A stretch of 64,000 bases of DNA from Eledone cirrhosa (GCA_964016885.1 OZ024756.1:38006001-38070000); one strand, 5' to 3'. Counted from the first letter of the stretch, positions 28,255 through 43,672 are shown. The notes: generated by a model from the sequence alone, not told the origin. Program-made: numbers and translations.

Positions 28255-28983
28255 ATATATATATATATATAATATATATATTTATATATATAAACAAGCA
28301 TACACATGAAAAGCATGCTAATAATAATGATTTCCTATTAACCACAATATGTTTACATCAAGACTAACATTATAGCAGCACTGGATGAAAACATAGAGAG
28401 TGTGTATGTGTGTTGGAGTGTGTATGTGTGTTGGTGTGTGTTGGTGTGTGCTTGTGTGTGTTGGTGTGTGGGTTTTGCGTGTAAACAAATCTGAACAATA
28501 ATGATAATAATAAAAATAATTTCTTCTTTTGGCGCAGTATGTTTTATGGGAAGGTGAGGGGAGGTCGGTTAAATCGAGCCCAGTACAGAACTGGTACTTT
28601 ATTTTTATCCCTGAATGAAGAAATGCAAAACGAACCATGTCAGAATAAGTATGCTGTTCATGCAGGGCTAAATACAACGCAATACATTCTGTCTGTCACT
28701 CTACCGATTCTTATAATAGCAGTCATCATGATCGCAGGCAATGCAATAGCTTGTTATATAATACGCAATAGACATATCTAATGATGTAATCTTGCTTCGC
28801 CTATGACACACAGAGCGCTATAGAATACATAAGAAGCCAAGGTAAACACTATTTATTTTATATAAAAATTGAATATTTATTTACATATTTTCTCACCTTG
28901 AATCTTTCTTGTTTCGCAGTTCCGTAGACAACTACACACATTACTATAGCACTAGAAGTATGGCACTATAAACACATATATAA

Positions 28984-29162
<179 letters not shown>

Positions 29163-29200
29163 CATATATATACAGATATATATATACATATATATATACA

Positions 29201-29231
<31 letters not shown>

Positions 29232-29319
29232 ACATATATGTACATGTACATACTTGTACATACATATATGTACATATAATACGTGTGTGTGTGTGCACCT
29301 ATAACTCTTGGTGGACTTG

Positions 29320-29376
<57 letters not shown>

Positions 29377-29381
29377 TATAT

Positions 29382-29466
29382 ATAGAAAGGCTTCTACAGG
29401 ACTAGAACTGTTTCATTCGGGAGAAATCATCAGGATTATGGTTACCCCCGATTGAACCCGGGATAG
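29382..29466. mobile_element. Family C hammerhead element, collapsed copy
   Basis: ctacaggactagaactgtttcattc...gaaatcatcagg joined to tail end ggttacccccgattgaacccgggata. Confidence 0.85.
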
Positions 29467-29499
29467 CCTTATATATATACATGTATATATATTATATAT

Positions 29500-29546
<47 letters not shown>

Positions 29547-29547
<1 letters not shown>

Positions 29548-29886
29548 GCACATGGCTTAGTGGTTAGAGCATTGGCCTTGCAATCGAAAGGTTGTGAGTT
29601 CAATTCTCAGACCGGGTGATGTGTTGTTTCCTTGAGCAAGGCCCTTTATTTCACATTGCTCCAGTTTACTCAGCTGTAGAAATGAGATGATAGGGACTGG
29701 GGTCCCTATCATTCCACTGTAAAGTGGTCGTGGAGGTGCCACGGCAAAAAAAGCACCCAGCACTCACTGTAAATGAGGTTGGTGTAAGGAAGGGCTCCAG
29801 CTGTAGAAATCAAGCCAGAGTCAGTTCCCGTCCCACCCTTGCAAGCAGGGAAAAGTGGACGTAAAATGAAATGAAAAAAAAATGAA
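29547..29886 (+). mobile_element. tRNA-derived SINE S2 with RTE-derived 3' tail (partial copy 63452-63540 on -)
   Basis: A box tggcttagtgg, B box gagttcaattc, CORE/V-like ccttgagcaagg block; 3' cccacccttgcaagcagggaaaagtggacgtaaaatga matches the RTE end at 47559-47597. Confidence 0.85.
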
Positions 29887-30348
29887 ATATATACAGGTAG
29901 AACACTGGAAGGTAATATCCGTAGTGGTAGAGCACTCAGGCCATGGGACGAGTTAGGTAGAAGTGGTCACACAACAGTTAGTTCACCATACCGAGAACAA
30001 TTGTTTCACCTTAACGGATCCTCAGCTCGTATATATATATATATATGTGTATGTATATATGCCGGTGTGTGTGGGAGGTTGTGTGTATAAGAACGTCAGA
30101 TTAGAATACTACGCACTCTGAGTTCAAATCCCGTTGAGATAAACTTTGATTTTTATTTCTTTCGAGCCCCCCCCCCCCCCCCCCCGTACCAGTCGAGTGC
30201 CTGAGGAGATGTCTTTTACTTTGTATATCTTTTTCTCATTTCCTCTCCTCCGTTCTATTTCTTTTACTCTGGAAGAAATCGGTTCTATTCAGGCCTAGGG
30301 ATGAAATGGGTTCCAGGTCAATATACACACATATATATATATATATAA

Positions 30349-30410
<62 letters not shown>

Positions 30411-30497
30411 AGATCAAAAGATGGTTAAAAGAGTTCCATGTATTTTATTATATATAAAACTCACCTCCTACATATATATATATACATACACACACCC

Positions 30498-30578
<81 letters not shown>

Positions 30579-30600
30579 AGTGTATATATATATATATATG

Positions 30601-30650
<50 letters not shown>

Positions 30651-30652
<2 letters not shown>

Positions 30653-30804
30653 TTTATCCCGGGTTCAATCGGGGGTAACCACGGTAAGTAAGGTACTCAA
30701 TACATAGCAGAGTATAAATATTTAATATAGAAAAGGCTTATACAGGACTAGAACTGTTTCATTCGGGGGAAATCATCAGGAAGCCCAGGGCTTCTGATGA
30801 TTTC
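30651..30804 (-). mobile_element. Family C hammerhead element with short fold-back
   Basis: Tail plus hammerhead on -; hinge gaaatcatcaggaagccc-a-gggcttctgatgatttc. Confidence 0.85.
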
Positions 30805-31224
30805 TATAATCATTATCTATAATAAATATATATGAGTCTCATTATAAATATTTTTAACTGTGAACGTGTTTCTGGTTTTTATCCGTCATCAGTGACGTTT
30901 ATTCACTCAGTATATATGTTTTGGGCTGGATATGCTCCTTTGCATATAGTGCGAGCTTATATGCATGCTTGCATGCATGTATATATATATATATATATGC
31001 ATGTATGTAAATATATATGTGATCGATCTATATATATATATGTATACTCCAGCCCCAGAGTGTGACGAAAGAACTTTGACAATATATGAACAATCGTCTG
31101 GTTGTGGAACCAACCAACCGGAAATTGATAAATTCCTAAATTTATAAATTTAATTTATAATAAATTGAAGTGAAAGCAACTGGTGCGTGTGTTTCTTATT
31201 GGCAACATGACCCTCCCAAAGTAT

Positions 31225-31308
<84 letters not shown>

Positions 31309-31410
31309 TGAACCTAGCAGGAATATAAATTGTTGATATATTATTATATGCATACACACATATATATGTATGAGTGTATACAGATACTTGTGTGTGTATT
31401 TATATATGCA

Positions 31411-31469
<59 letters not shown>

Positions 31470-31639
31470 TGTATGTGTGTGTGTATGTGGTTATTATAAC
31501 CAGAGAAAATCGTGTAGGCAGCAACAACTTAAATAAAGCACTCAATACACGTGTCTGTAGTGTAAATGTATTTATCTGGTAATTGTCACCGTTGAAAGTG
31601 TTTCATATATGTATATACATATATAAGTATATGTATATA

Positions 31640-31710
<71 letters not shown>

Positions 31711-32284
31711 ATATATATATATATGTGTGTGTGTATATATATATATGTGTATGTGTATATATATATATGTGTATGTGTATATATATATATGTGTGTGTGT
31801 ATATATATATATATGTGTGTGTATATATATATATATTCTAGGAGAAGGAAAACTCTGATATAACACCTGCAACCCTGATGGTATCAAATGATGTTGAATT
31901 GTTCTTCTTTTTGGTAAATATCATCTTGGTTAAGAAAGTGGGACTGGCTTTGTGCAGTGCCTTTGCTCACTATAAAAGCTTCACGGCACAGGCATTGCTT
32001 TATATCTGGAGATCTCTCTGCACTTGTCGTCACCTGGTACCATGGGCCCAGCACTATGTGTCAATAATTGTCACAGGTGTAGTGTTTGTACCAGAGTTTT
32101 CAAGTCGCTGGCTGGACTAAAAAGTCACACTCGTTCAGCGCATCGGTAGGGGTTCTCCTACATGGATATAAAGTAGTGGCCGTACTCGAAAACGAGTTGG
32201 CAGCCACCATATATATGTATATATATGTGTGCGAGGTGTGTGTGCTACAAACTATATTATGTCCATAGAAGTTGATTTACAACG

Positions 32285-32368
32285 GACAGACTGACTGACT
32301 GACAGACTGACAGAGTGACAGACTGACAGAGTGACAGAGTGACAGACTGACTGACAGAGTGACAGACC

Positions 32369-32419
<51 letters not shown>

Positions 32420-32472
32420 AGAGTGACAGACTGACTGACTGACTGACTGACTGACTGATTGACAGAGTGACA

Positions 32473-32503
<31 letters not shown>

Positions 32504-33567
32504 AGAGTGACAGACTGACTGACTGACTGACTGACTGATTGACAGAGTGACAGACTGACTGACTGACAGACTAACTGCCTGACAGAGTGACAGACTGACT
32601 GACAGAGTGACAGACTGACTGACTGACACTGAGTGACAGACTGACTGACTGACTGACTGACTGACTGACAGAGTGACAGACTGACTGACAGTAGTGACTG
32701 ACAGACTGACTGACAGAGTGACAGACTGACTGACTGACTGACTGATGACTGACTGACTGACTGACTGACTGACTGAGTGAGTGACAGACTGACTGACTGA
32801 CTGAGTGAGTGACAGACTGACTGACTGACTGAGTGAGTGACAGACTGACTGACTGACTGAGTGAGTGACAGAGTGACTGACAGACTGACTGACAGAGTGA
32901 CAGACTGACTGACTGACTGACTGACTGACTGAGTGACAGACTGACTGACTGACTGAGTGAGTGACAGACTGACTGACTGACTGAGTGAGTGACAGACTGA
33001 CTGACTGACTGAGTGAGTGACAGAATGACAGACTGACTGACAGAGTGACAGACTGACTGACTGACTGACTGACTGACTGACTGACTGACTGACTGACTGA
33101 CTGACTGACTGAGTGAGTGACTGACTGACTGACTGACTGACTGACTGACTGACTGACTGACTGACTGACCTGACTGACTGACTGACTGACTGACTGACTG
33201 ACTGACTGACCTGACTGACTGACTGACTGACTGAGTGAGTGACAGAGTGACAGACTGACTGACAGAGTGACTGACAGACTGACTGACAGAGTGACTGACT
33301 GACTGACTGACTGACTGACTGACTGACTGACTGAGTGAGGTGAGTGACTGACTGACTGAGTGAGTGACAGACTGACTGACTGACTGAGTGAGTGACAGAC
33401 TGACTGACTGACTGAGTGAGTGACAGACAGACTGACTGACAGAGTGACAGACAGACTGACTGACTGACTGACTGACAGAGTGACAGACTGACTGACTGAC
33501 TGACTGACTGACAGAGTGACAGACTGACTGACAGAGTGGACATACTGACAGACTGACTGACTGACAG
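32285..33567. repeat. (GACT)n/(GACA/GAGT) tetranucleotide satellite
   Basis: ~1.3 kb tandem array. Confidence 0.95.
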
Positions 33568-33597
33568 ATCCTGAGGGTATGATGGATTTTAAGAAAT

Positions 33598-33786
33598 AAT
33601 TGTTTCTACTTTTGGCACAAGGCCAGCAAAAATAACCCAGTACATTACTGGTACTTTATTTTATCGACCCCGTAAGGATGAAAGGCAAAGTTAACCTCGG
33701 CGGGATTTGAACTCAGACCATAACGGGCCGTAACTCTATGCTGTAAAGCATGGCGTCCGACCCTCTACTGATACTGCCAATCCACT
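33598..33786 (-). mobile_element. SINE S1, near full length
   Basis: tRNA-like head tggattggcagtatcagtagagggtcgg...gagttcaaatccc through agaaacaatt. Confidence 0.9.
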
Positions 33787-34018
33787 GGATGTTAAGAAAA
33801 TAATGTTAGCATTTCTGTTGCTATTGCACAGGCATACAGACAAGCAGACATAGATGTGGCTGGAGAGGGAGGGGGGGAGATAGAGACAGGGGAGAGAGAT
33901 GGAGAGATAGAGAGAGATGGGGGGGATAGAGAGAGATAGGGGGGGGGATAGAGAGAGGGAGAGCGAGATGGAGAGATAGAGATAGAGAGAGGGAGAGATA
34001 GAGATAGAGAGAGGCGAG

Positions 34019-34068
<50 letters not shown>

Positions 34069-34367
34069 AGAGAGTGGAGGAGAGAGGGAGAGGGGGAGAG
34101 AGAGATAGAGAGAGACAGAGAGAGAGAGAGGGGGTGTATGATGGATGTTGTGAAGTAGTAATGTTTAGTATTGCAGTTGCTATTGCGACAGACAGACAGA
34201 CAGACGGGTGGACATCTAGAAAGAGAGGCGGGTAGACAGACAGACAGACAGACAGAGATGGTATATGATGTGAAGGAATAATATTTAGGATTGCTGTTGC
34301 TATTATTGCAGGCAACTTGACAGGCAGACAGACTTACTGACAGGCGGGGCGGGTGAACAGGCGGGTG

Positions 34368-34409
<42 letters not shown>

Positions 34410-34592
34410 GAGAGAGAGTGAGGTGGGTTCACAGACAAAACAGACAGACAAACTGTGAGGGTATATAATGGATGATATGAAGGAATATTTTGGTACTGCT
34501 GTTGCTATTGCAGCAGGCAGGCAGTCGGGTGGACAGAGAGAGAGAGAGAGAGAGAGAGAGGGTAGAGAGAGAGAGAGAGGGAGAGAGAGAGA

Positions 34593-34625
<33 letters not shown>

Positions 34626-34636
34626 GGGACAGAGGT

Positions 34637-34668
<32 letters not shown>

Positions 34669-34769
34669 GGGATATGATAGATGTAATGTCTAGTGTTGCT
34701 GTTGCAGTGAAATTCCTGTCTGCTGCAGACATTGATCGAAGAAAGAGGACGTCGGCTGGGTAGGATATC

Positions 34770-35490
34770 TGGGTAGATGTCTGGATGGTTAGATGGATAG
34801 TTAGCTTGATGGGTGGATGGTTAGATGGCTGGATGGTTAGATGGTTAGTTAGCTTGCTGGGTGGATGGTTAGATGGCTGGATGGATAGTTAGCTTGATGG
34901 GTGGATGGTTTAGATGGCTGGATGGTTAGTTAGCTTGCTGGGTGTGTGGTTAGATGGCTGGATGGTTAGTTAGCTTGATGGGTGGATGGTTAGATGGCTG
35001 GATGGTTAGTTAGCTTGCTGGGTGTGTGGTTAGATGGCTGGGATGGCTAGTTAGTTTGATGGATGAATGGTTAGATGGCTGGATGGTTAGTTAGCTTGAT
35101 GGGTGGATGGTTAGATGGCTGGATGGTTAGTTAGCTTGCTGGGTGTATGGTTAGATGGCTGGATGGTTAGTTAGCTTGATGGATGAATGGTTAGATGGCT
35201 GGATGGTTAGTTAGCTTGATGGGTGGATGGTTAGATGGCTGGATGGTTAGTTAGCTTGATGGGTGGATGGTTAGATGGCTGGATGGTTAGTTAGCTTGAT
35301 GGGTGGATGGTTAGATGGATCGGTGTCTGGCAAGCTGGGATGGATGGTTAGATGGATGTGTTTGGCTAGCTGGGTGGATGGTTAGATGGCTAGATGGTTA
35401 GATGGCTAGTTAGCTTGCTGGGTAGATGGGTGGATGGTTAGATGGTTAGTTAGCTTGATGGGTGGATGGTTAGATGGTTAGATAGGTGGT
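34770..35490. repeat. ~40-bp minisatellite gggtggatggttagatggctggatggttagttagcttgat
   Basis: Tandem copies grading into (TGGA/TGGT)n out to ~36255. Confidence 0.9.
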
Positions 35491-36301
35491 TAGCTTGCTG
35501 AATGAATGGTTGGTTGTTAGTTGGATCGATGGACAGGTTGGTAGGCGTTTGGGTGGCTGGGTGGATAAATGGTGGGTTAGTTGGTTTGCTGGTGTTGATG
35601 GATGGTTGGTTGGGTGGATGGTATATTAGTTGGTTTGCTGGTGTTGATGGATGGTTGGTTGGGTGGATGGTATATTAATTGGTTTGCTGGTGTTGATGGA
35701 TGGTTGGGTGGGGTGGATGAATGCGTGGATGGTTGGCTGGTTAGTTGGATAATTCTATGGATGAGTAGGCGTTTGGGGTGGATGTGTGGAGGGATATTTG
35801 TCTGGGTGGATGGATGAATGGTTGGGTGGGCGGGTGAATAGTTGAGTTGGATGGTTCGATGGTTCGATGAATGCGTAGGCGTTTTGGTGGCTGGACAGGG
35901 GAAGGGTTGTCTGGATGGTTGGATTGGCGTGTTGGTGGGTGATTGGTTGGTTAGCTGAGTAGTTTGATGGATGGGTAGGTTGGATGGATGAATGGTTGGC
36001 AGGGGTAGATGGATATTTTACCTCTGGCTGGATGGTTGGATGGTTGGCTACTTCACTGACTGTCTGACTGGATGGATGGTTGGTAGGCTGGTTGGTTGGC
36101 TACTTCACTGATTGTCTGACTGGATGGGTGGTTGGTAGGCTGGTTGGTTGGCTGGCTGGTGGATTGGTAGGTTTGTTGGTGGATTGGTAGGCTGGTTGGC
36201 TGAGTGTATGATAGGTTGGCTGGCTGGCTGGTTGGTTGGCTGGCTGGTTGTCTGGTAAGATATATGAAAATGTGATAGCTCTGTTTTAGTTACCTTTACT
36301 T

Positions 36302-36720
<419 letters not shown>

Positions 36721-37004
36721 CAAAGGGTTAACTACACTAGGCTAGGCTACACTAGGAAAGATTTGAACGTAAAGGACGAAGCGTAACTAAATACTGGAAG
36801 ACATTTTGCCCGACGCTCTAACGGTTCTGACAATCGAATGCCTTCAGTAATAATCAATATAATCAATATATTAATATCGATTCGTATCAATAGAGCTGTT
36901 ATGTAAGAACTACAGTAGACTGGACTGTCAACGCGAAGGAATAAAAATGTATTTCTGAAATATCATTATAGCATAGCTAGTAAACAAATCATGTATGTGT
37001 GTGT

Positions 37005-37104
<100 letters not shown>

Positions 37105-37130
37105 TTGTCTCTGTATATATATATATATAT

Positions 37131-37202
37131 TTCTCCCGAATGAAACAGTTCTAGTCCTGTAGAAGCCATTTCTATATTAAATATTTATACTCTGCTTTGT
37201 AT
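37131..37202 (+). mobile_element. Family C fragment (hammerhead 3' half plus tail start)
   Basis: ttctcccgaatgaaacagttctagtcctgtagaagccatttctatattaaatatttatactctgct. Confidence 0.85.
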
Positions 37203-37237
37203 ATATATATATATATATACATACACCTCTTCCTCTC

Positions 37238-37310
<73 letters not shown>

Positions 37311-37323
37311 CTCTTCCCACCCC

Positions 37324-37410
<87 letters not shown>

Positions 37411-37414
<4 letters not shown>

Positions 37415-37558
37415 ACGCATAGAGTTATGCCCTTGCCATTCTGAGTTCAAATCCCGCCAAGGTTAACTTTGCCTTTCATCCTTACGGGAGTCGATAAAAT
37501 AAAGTACCAGTAATACACTGGTTAATTGCTGGCCTTGTGCCAAAAGTAGAAACAATTA
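37411..37558 (+). mobile_element. SINE S1, 5'-truncated
   Basis: Matches 42784-42968. Confidence 0.9.
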
Positions 37559-37571
37559 TACATATATATAT

Positions 37572-37794
37572 ATAACAAAGGAATTGTGGTAAGGAACCAG
37601 ATGCACCGTAACGCACCAGAGTACTCAATACTTAGGGTAGTAGAGTGGGTAATAGGAAAAAGTATGACACCGACGGCAGAGCTCCAGCCGTTTCGACGGC
37701 TATTTTTCGACGGCTATTTCTGGACCAGAACTAGCCGTCGAAACGGCTTGAGCTCTGCCGTCGGGATCATACTTTTTCCTATTTCCCCACTCTA
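37572..37794. mobile_element. Fold-back element family D with hammerhead 3' half
   Basis: Inverted arms span 37641-37794; GAAA cggc uugagcucu gccg UC on +. Related pieces at 49804-49838, 25470-25540 and 59610-59680. Confidence 0.7.
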
Positions 37795-37994
37795 TATATA
37801 TATTTGCACCACTAAATTACATTGTGGCCCTGGTCAAATAATAATTGTTTCTAGGCGAGGCACAAGACCAGCAAATTTGCGGTGGAGGGGGGGGGGGTCG
37901 ATAATTCGACCTCAGTACATGACTGGTACTTTAATGGGCCACCGAATGGATGAAAGACAAAGATGACCTCGGCGGGATTAGAACTACCCAGAAT

Positions 37995-38147
37995 GTAGTA
38001 GTAGTAGTAGTAGTAGTAGTAGTGTTGGTGGTATTAGTGGTAGTAGTAGTATTAGTAGTAGTAATGTTGGTGGTATTAGTGGTAGTAGTAGTAGTAGTAG
38101 TAGTGCTGGTGGTAGTAGTAGTAGTAGTAGTGTTGGTGGTATTAGTG

Positions 38148-38189
<42 letters not shown>

Positions 38190-38363
38190 CTGGTGGTAGT
38201 AGTAGTAGTAGTAGTGTTGGTGGTATTAGTGGTAGTAGTAGTAGTAGTGTTGGTGGTATTAGTGGTAGTAGTAGTAGTAGTAGTAGTGTTGGTGGTATTA
38301 GTGGTAGTAGTAGTAGTAGTAGTGTTGGTGGTAGTAGTAGTAGTAGTAGTGTTGGTGGTATTA

Positions 38364-38408
<45 letters not shown>

Positions 38409-40505
38409 CTGGTGGTAGCAGAAGGCCATAGCTGTTGCCTGTGTTGCTTTATTGGTGCAAGTAGAGTTGCTGCAGTTGCAGCTTCAGAAGCAATTCTTTT
38501 ACTTGGTGTTAATGTTGGTGTTGCTGGGGTGTTAGTTGTGGTGTTAGTTGTGGTGTTAGTTGTGGTGTTGGTTGTGGTGTTAGTTGTGGTGTTGGTTGTG
38601 GTGTTAATGGTGGTGTTAGTTGTGGTGTTAGTTGTGGTGTTGGTTGTGGTGTTAATGGTGGTGTTGCTGATGGTGTTAGTTGTGGTGTTAGTTGTGGTGT
38701 TAATGGTGGTGTTAGTTGTGGTGTTAATGGTGGTGTTAGTTGTGGTGTTGTTGGTGGTGTTAGTTGTGGTGTTAGTTGTGGTGTTAATGGTGGTGTTAGT
38801 TGTAGTGTTAATGGTGGTGTTAGTTGTGGTGTTGTTGGTGGTGTTAGTTGTGGTGTTAGTTGTGGTGTTAGTTGTGGTGTTAATGGTGGTGTTAGTTGTA
38901 GTGTTAATGGTGGTGTTAGTTGTGGTGTTAGTTGTGGTGTTAATGTTGGTGTTAGTTTTGGTGTTAGTTGTGGTGTTAGTTGTGGTGTTGGTTGTGGTGT
39001 TAGTTGTGGTGTTAGTTGTGGTGTTAGTTGTGGTGTTAGTTGTGGTGTTGGTTGTGGTGTTGGTTGTGGTGTTAATGGTGTTGTTAGTTGTGGTGTTAAT
39101 GGTGGTGTTAGTTGTGGTGTTGGTTGTGGTGTTAATGATGGTGTTGCTGATGGTGTTAATTGTGGTGTTGGTTGTGGTGTTGCTGATGGTGTTAGTTGTG
39201 GTGTTAATGGTGTTGTTAGTTGTGCTGTTAGTTGTGGTGTTAATGGTGTTGTTAGTTGTGGTGTTGTTGGTGTTGGTGTTACTGATGGTGTTAATGGTGG
39301 TGTTAGTTGTGGTGTTAGTTGTGGTGTTAATGGTGGTGTTAGTTGTGGTGTTGTTGGTGTTGGTGTTACTGATGGCGTTAATGGTGGTGTTAGTTGTGGT
39401 GTTAGTTGTGGTGTTAATGGTGGTGTTAGTTGTGGTGTTGTTGGTGTTGGTGTTACTGATGGCGTTAATGGTGGTGTTAGTTGTGGTGTTAGTTGTGGTG
39501 TTAATGGTGGTGTTAGTTGTGGTGTTGTTGGTGTTGTTGTTACTGATGGTGTTAATGGTGGTGTTAGTTGTGGTGTTAGTTTTGGTGTTAGTTGTGGTAT
39601 TGTTGGTGTTGCTGGTGGTGTTAGTGATGTTGGTGTTGTTGGTGTTGTTGTTGGTGTTGTTGTTGGTGTTGTTGTTGGTGTTGTTAATGGTGTTATTGGT
39701 GTTGCTGATAGTGTTAATGGCGGTGTTAGTTGTGGTGCTGTTGGCGTTGGTATGGTTGGTGGCATTGATGATTGTGTTGGTGTTTTTAGTGGTGTGGTGT
39801 TGGTGGTGCTGACGGTAGTGGTGGTGTTGGTGTGGTTGCTGTTATTAGTGATGTTGGTGTTGTTGGTGTTGATGATGTTGCTAGAGTTGCTGGTGTTGTT
39901 GGTGATGTTGATGATGTTGTTAGTGCTGTTGGTGTTGATGATGTTGCTAGAGTTGTTGGTGGTGTTGGTGGTGTTGGTGATGTTGTTAATGTCGATGGTA
40001 CTGATGGAGGTGGTAGTTGTATTGTTGTTGGTGTTGATGGTGTTGGGGTTATTATTAGTGTTTGTAGTTTCTTGCTGTTGTTAATATTATTTGTAGAGTT
40101 AGTGGTGCTGATGGTAGTGGTGATGATTGTGGTTGTGATGATTGTGGTTGTGGTGATGATTGTGGTTGTGGTGCTGATGGTAGTGGTGTTGATGGTAGTG
40201 GTGATGATTGTGGTTGTGGTGCTGATGGTAGTGGTGTTGATGGTAGTGGTGATGATTGTGGTTGTGGTGCTGATGGTAGTGGTGATGATTGTGGTTGTGG
40301 TGCCGATGGTAGTTGTGATGATTGTGGTTGTGGTGCCGATGGTAGTGGTGATGATTGTGGTTGTGGTGCTGATGGTAGTGGTGATGATTGTGGTTGTGGT
40401 GCTGATTGTAGTGGTGATGATTGTGGTTGTGGTGCTGATGGTAGTGGTGCTGATGGTAGTGGTGATGATTGTGGTTGTGGTGATGATTGTGGTTGTGGTG
40501 CTGAT
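37995..40505. repeat. Compound GT-rich array: (GTA)n, 12-bp gtgttagttgtg and 33-bp gtgctgatggtagtggtgatgattgtggttgtg units
   Basis: Tandem arrays that generate the spurious poly-V and poly-TP ORFs. Confidence 0.95.
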
Positions 40506-41306
40506 GGTTCTGGGTTCAGACCTGCTTGTGTGACATCTTGAGCAAGTGTTGTTGATGGTGGTAGTATTCGTAGTATAGTTGTTGTTGTTATTATTGGTCT
40601 TGTTGATGGTGTTAGTGTGGTTGTTGTTGATGGTATTGCTGCTGTTGATGGTGTTGGTGTTGATGGTATTCATGTTAAAAGTGTTGGTAGTGGTGTTGGT
40701 TTCGTAGTTGTTTGTGTTGTGTGACACGTGGTAGTGTTGGTGTTGTCGTTGCTGGTGATGGGGTAAGTAGTGGCATTGTTGGTGGTTTTGTTGGTATTGG
40801 TAATGTTGTGTTATTTACAGAATCAGGGCGACCCAGGATAGTTTTACAATGTAAACCACCTCTTCTTCATATATGCGCCCCTTTTCTCATGAATGCGCCC
40901 CTTTTCTTATGTATGCACTCCTTTCACCCAAATAAAATAATTTCAACAGTTTAATAAGCTGGCGAACTTTCGACCACATTAAAAAATTACTAAGCCAGTA
41001 TTTTCCACAACACAGTTCACATACACCCATGTCAAATCCTGTAACAGGTCATAACACTACACGACCCTCTCCACCTCTTTGGATCTTTCCTCAACACTGC
41101 TACGAAACAACAATGTTTAGTTACGTATTTATTGATCGTAGAAAACCGATTCTTTGGGGTTTAGTGATGAGCTTTGGTTGGTGGTGTTGTCGGTTGTCCG
41201 TGTAGTTCATGGCGTTCCCTTCTTTTGTAAATATTGCTGCATATAAAGTACCAGTAATGCACTGGATAATTGCTGGCCTTGTGCCTAAAGTAGAAACAAT
41301 TATATT

Positions 41307-41520
41307 ACACCTGTTTTAACCATCACACCTGTTTTAACCATCACTCCTGTTTTAACCATCACACCTGTTTTAACCATCACACCTGTTTTAACCATCACAC
41401 CTGTTTTAACCATCACACCTGTTTTAATCATCACGCCTGTTTTAAGCATCACACCTGTTTTAACCATCACACCTGTTTTAACCATCACTCCTGTTTTAAC
41501 CATCACACCTGTTTTAAGCA
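41307..41520. repeat. 18-bp minisatellite catcacacctgttttaac, ~12 copies
   Basis: Direct tandem copies without spacers, immediately after a short S1 SINE end. Confidence 0.95.
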
Positions 41521-42284
41521 TTGCTTCAAAACACAACACTGGTAGATGATAACATTGATGATGGTAGTCATGATTGTAATGGTAATGATGGTGATGGTAA
41601 TGATGGTGATGGTGATGGTGATGGTGGTGATGGTGATGGTTATGATGGTGATGATGGTGATGATAGTGGTGGTGATGATGATGATGGTTATGATGATGGT
41701 GATGATGGTGATGGTTATGATAGTGGTGGTGATGATGGTGATGGTGATGATAGTGATTGTGATGATAGTGGTGGAGATATGGTGATGGTGATGGTGATGG
41801 TGATGATAGAGGTGGTGATGGTGATGATAGTGGTGGTGATGATGATGATGGTTATGATGATGATGGTGATGGTGATGATGGTGATGGTGATGATAGAGGT
41901 GATGATGGCATCATTTTATGAACGCCACCACTTTAATATAACCACAAAGCCAATGTTAATGTCTCTGGTGTTGATAGAAGGTAGAAGAGATTATATAACG
42001 CCACCGAAAATTCTGTGTATTTGCTGTAGCTTAATTGCTCTAAATGGACAGCGTTTAGCTTATGTCAGATGATGTGACCCCAGGTGGACCAGCACTACTG
42101 TTGGTAGGGATCGAAACTGCCAAAGTCCACCTCAATGGCCGATGACTCTGGAGTTCTGTGTCCTTCGTTTGTATTTGTATTTTTTTAAAATAATTTTTTA
42201 AGGTTTCCCCCTTAAAAAAACTGTTTGTCGTTTTGTCTTGTTTCCGTTCGTTCTTATCCTCTCTTTGTTAATTTTGTATATTCT

Positions 42285-42359
<75 letters not shown>

Positions 42360-42368
42360 TTTTTTTTA

Positions 42369-42508
42369 AAATATAGAAATGGCTTCTACACGACTAGAAC
42401 TGTTTCATTTGGCTGTCCTGTGGAAGCCATTTCTATATTAAATATTTATACTCTGCTATGTATTGAGTACCTTACTTATTGTGGTTACCCACGATTGAAC
42501 CCGGGATA

Positions 42509-42511
<3 letters not shown>
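42369..42511. mobile_element. Family C element, collapsed palindrome plus tail
   Basis: aatatagaaatggcttctac...gaagccatttctatatt plus tail. Confidence 0.85.
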
Positions 42512-42575
<64 letters not shown>

Positions 42576-42783
42576 CTGTTTTAAATCTTATTCTAACTAA
42601 AGGTGACTTAGGTTCCCTTCACTAATACTAAACACCCTTCAGTGTGGTGCGGAGGGTTGCCGGGTAGAGCAGCGTGCCACCTATCACGATCCACAACTTG
42701 GATTGTTGCGAAGTCTTTACCGATCCATTCCTTAATATTTCAAGACAATTTCTGGGGTTTTTCTTTATTATTATGTTCAAAAA

Positions 42784-42968
42784 GGCGGTGGATTGACAGT
42801 ATCGGTAGAGCGTCGGACACCATGCTTTGACGCATAGAGTTACGGCCCTTGCCATTCTGAGTTCAAATCCCGCCGAGGTTAACTTTGCCTTTCATCCCTA
42901 CGGGGTCGACAAAGTACCAGTAATGCACTGGAATAATTGCTGGCCTTGTGCCCAAAATAGAAACAATT
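42784..42968 (+). mobile_element. SINE S1, full length with TSD
   Basis: ggcggtggattgacagtatcggtagagcgtcgg...gttcaaatccc...agaaacaatt; attattatgttca duplicated on both sides. Confidence 0.92.
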
Positions 42969-43348
42969 ATTATGTTCAGAATTGCTTGCTTTATTTGCCC
43001 CTGAAACTGTTCCATGGTCAAGTTATCATGTCTTGTCCCGTGACCATACCATACCATACAGGTCTTCGTGGTTGGTCACCTGTTGTCTGATTGATATGTG
43101 AATACTTTCGTTACTTATGTGTGTTCTGTGTAGGAAATGTCTACAATTTTTCTCTTACATCTCATTTCGAATGTCAGTATGTTCCTCTGTAATTCTGTTA
43201 TGACCTGTACAATACATCAAGTAAATGACCTTAGAATTTGACCTTTTAAGTACCCCCCCCCCCCACACACACACACTTTACATATTCTCTATCTTTATAT
43301 AACTTCACATTTAACCCATCACTGGTCCAATATATTTGTCAATCATTA

Positions 43349-43397
<49 letters not shown>

Positions 43398-43465
43398 CAT
43401 TATTATCATTATTATATTTACTTCAAGTCGGCTTTATGGACTCTTTTCTATTACACACACACACA

Positions 43466-43517
<52 letters not shown>

Positions 43518-43598
43518 CACACACACAACCAGAATCCGAATTAAGCCATACTTTGATCCTGTTGGTTTAGTACATGTCATTCCATATATTTCATACAA

Positions 43599-43672
<74 letters not shown>

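Noticed and set aside
29547-29620. tRNA gene
   Set aside because: The A/B boxes run directly into a SINE body, and no clean cloverleaf or poly-T terminator is present. S1 heads are rejected for the same reason.
30860-30900. Hammerhead on - (CUGAUGA...GAAA cacg UU)
   Set aside because: Stem I does not pair; at best a decayed copy.
32257-33543. 428-aa SQSV-repeat ORF
   Set aside because: Translation of a (GACT)n satellite.
37950-40727. Long ORFs (620 aa poly-V/L, 418 aa TPQL mucin-like, 313 aa Thr-rich)
   Set aside because: They consist of tandem repeats that lack stops on both strands; no splice or domain evidence. The 620-aa ORF starts inside a SINE.
41307-41520. Regular 18-bp repeats resembling a CRISPR array or a KTGVMV protein repeat
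   Set aside because: No unique spacers, eukaryotic context and no cas genes; a plain minisatellite. The same applies to 61396-61521 and 62570-62920.
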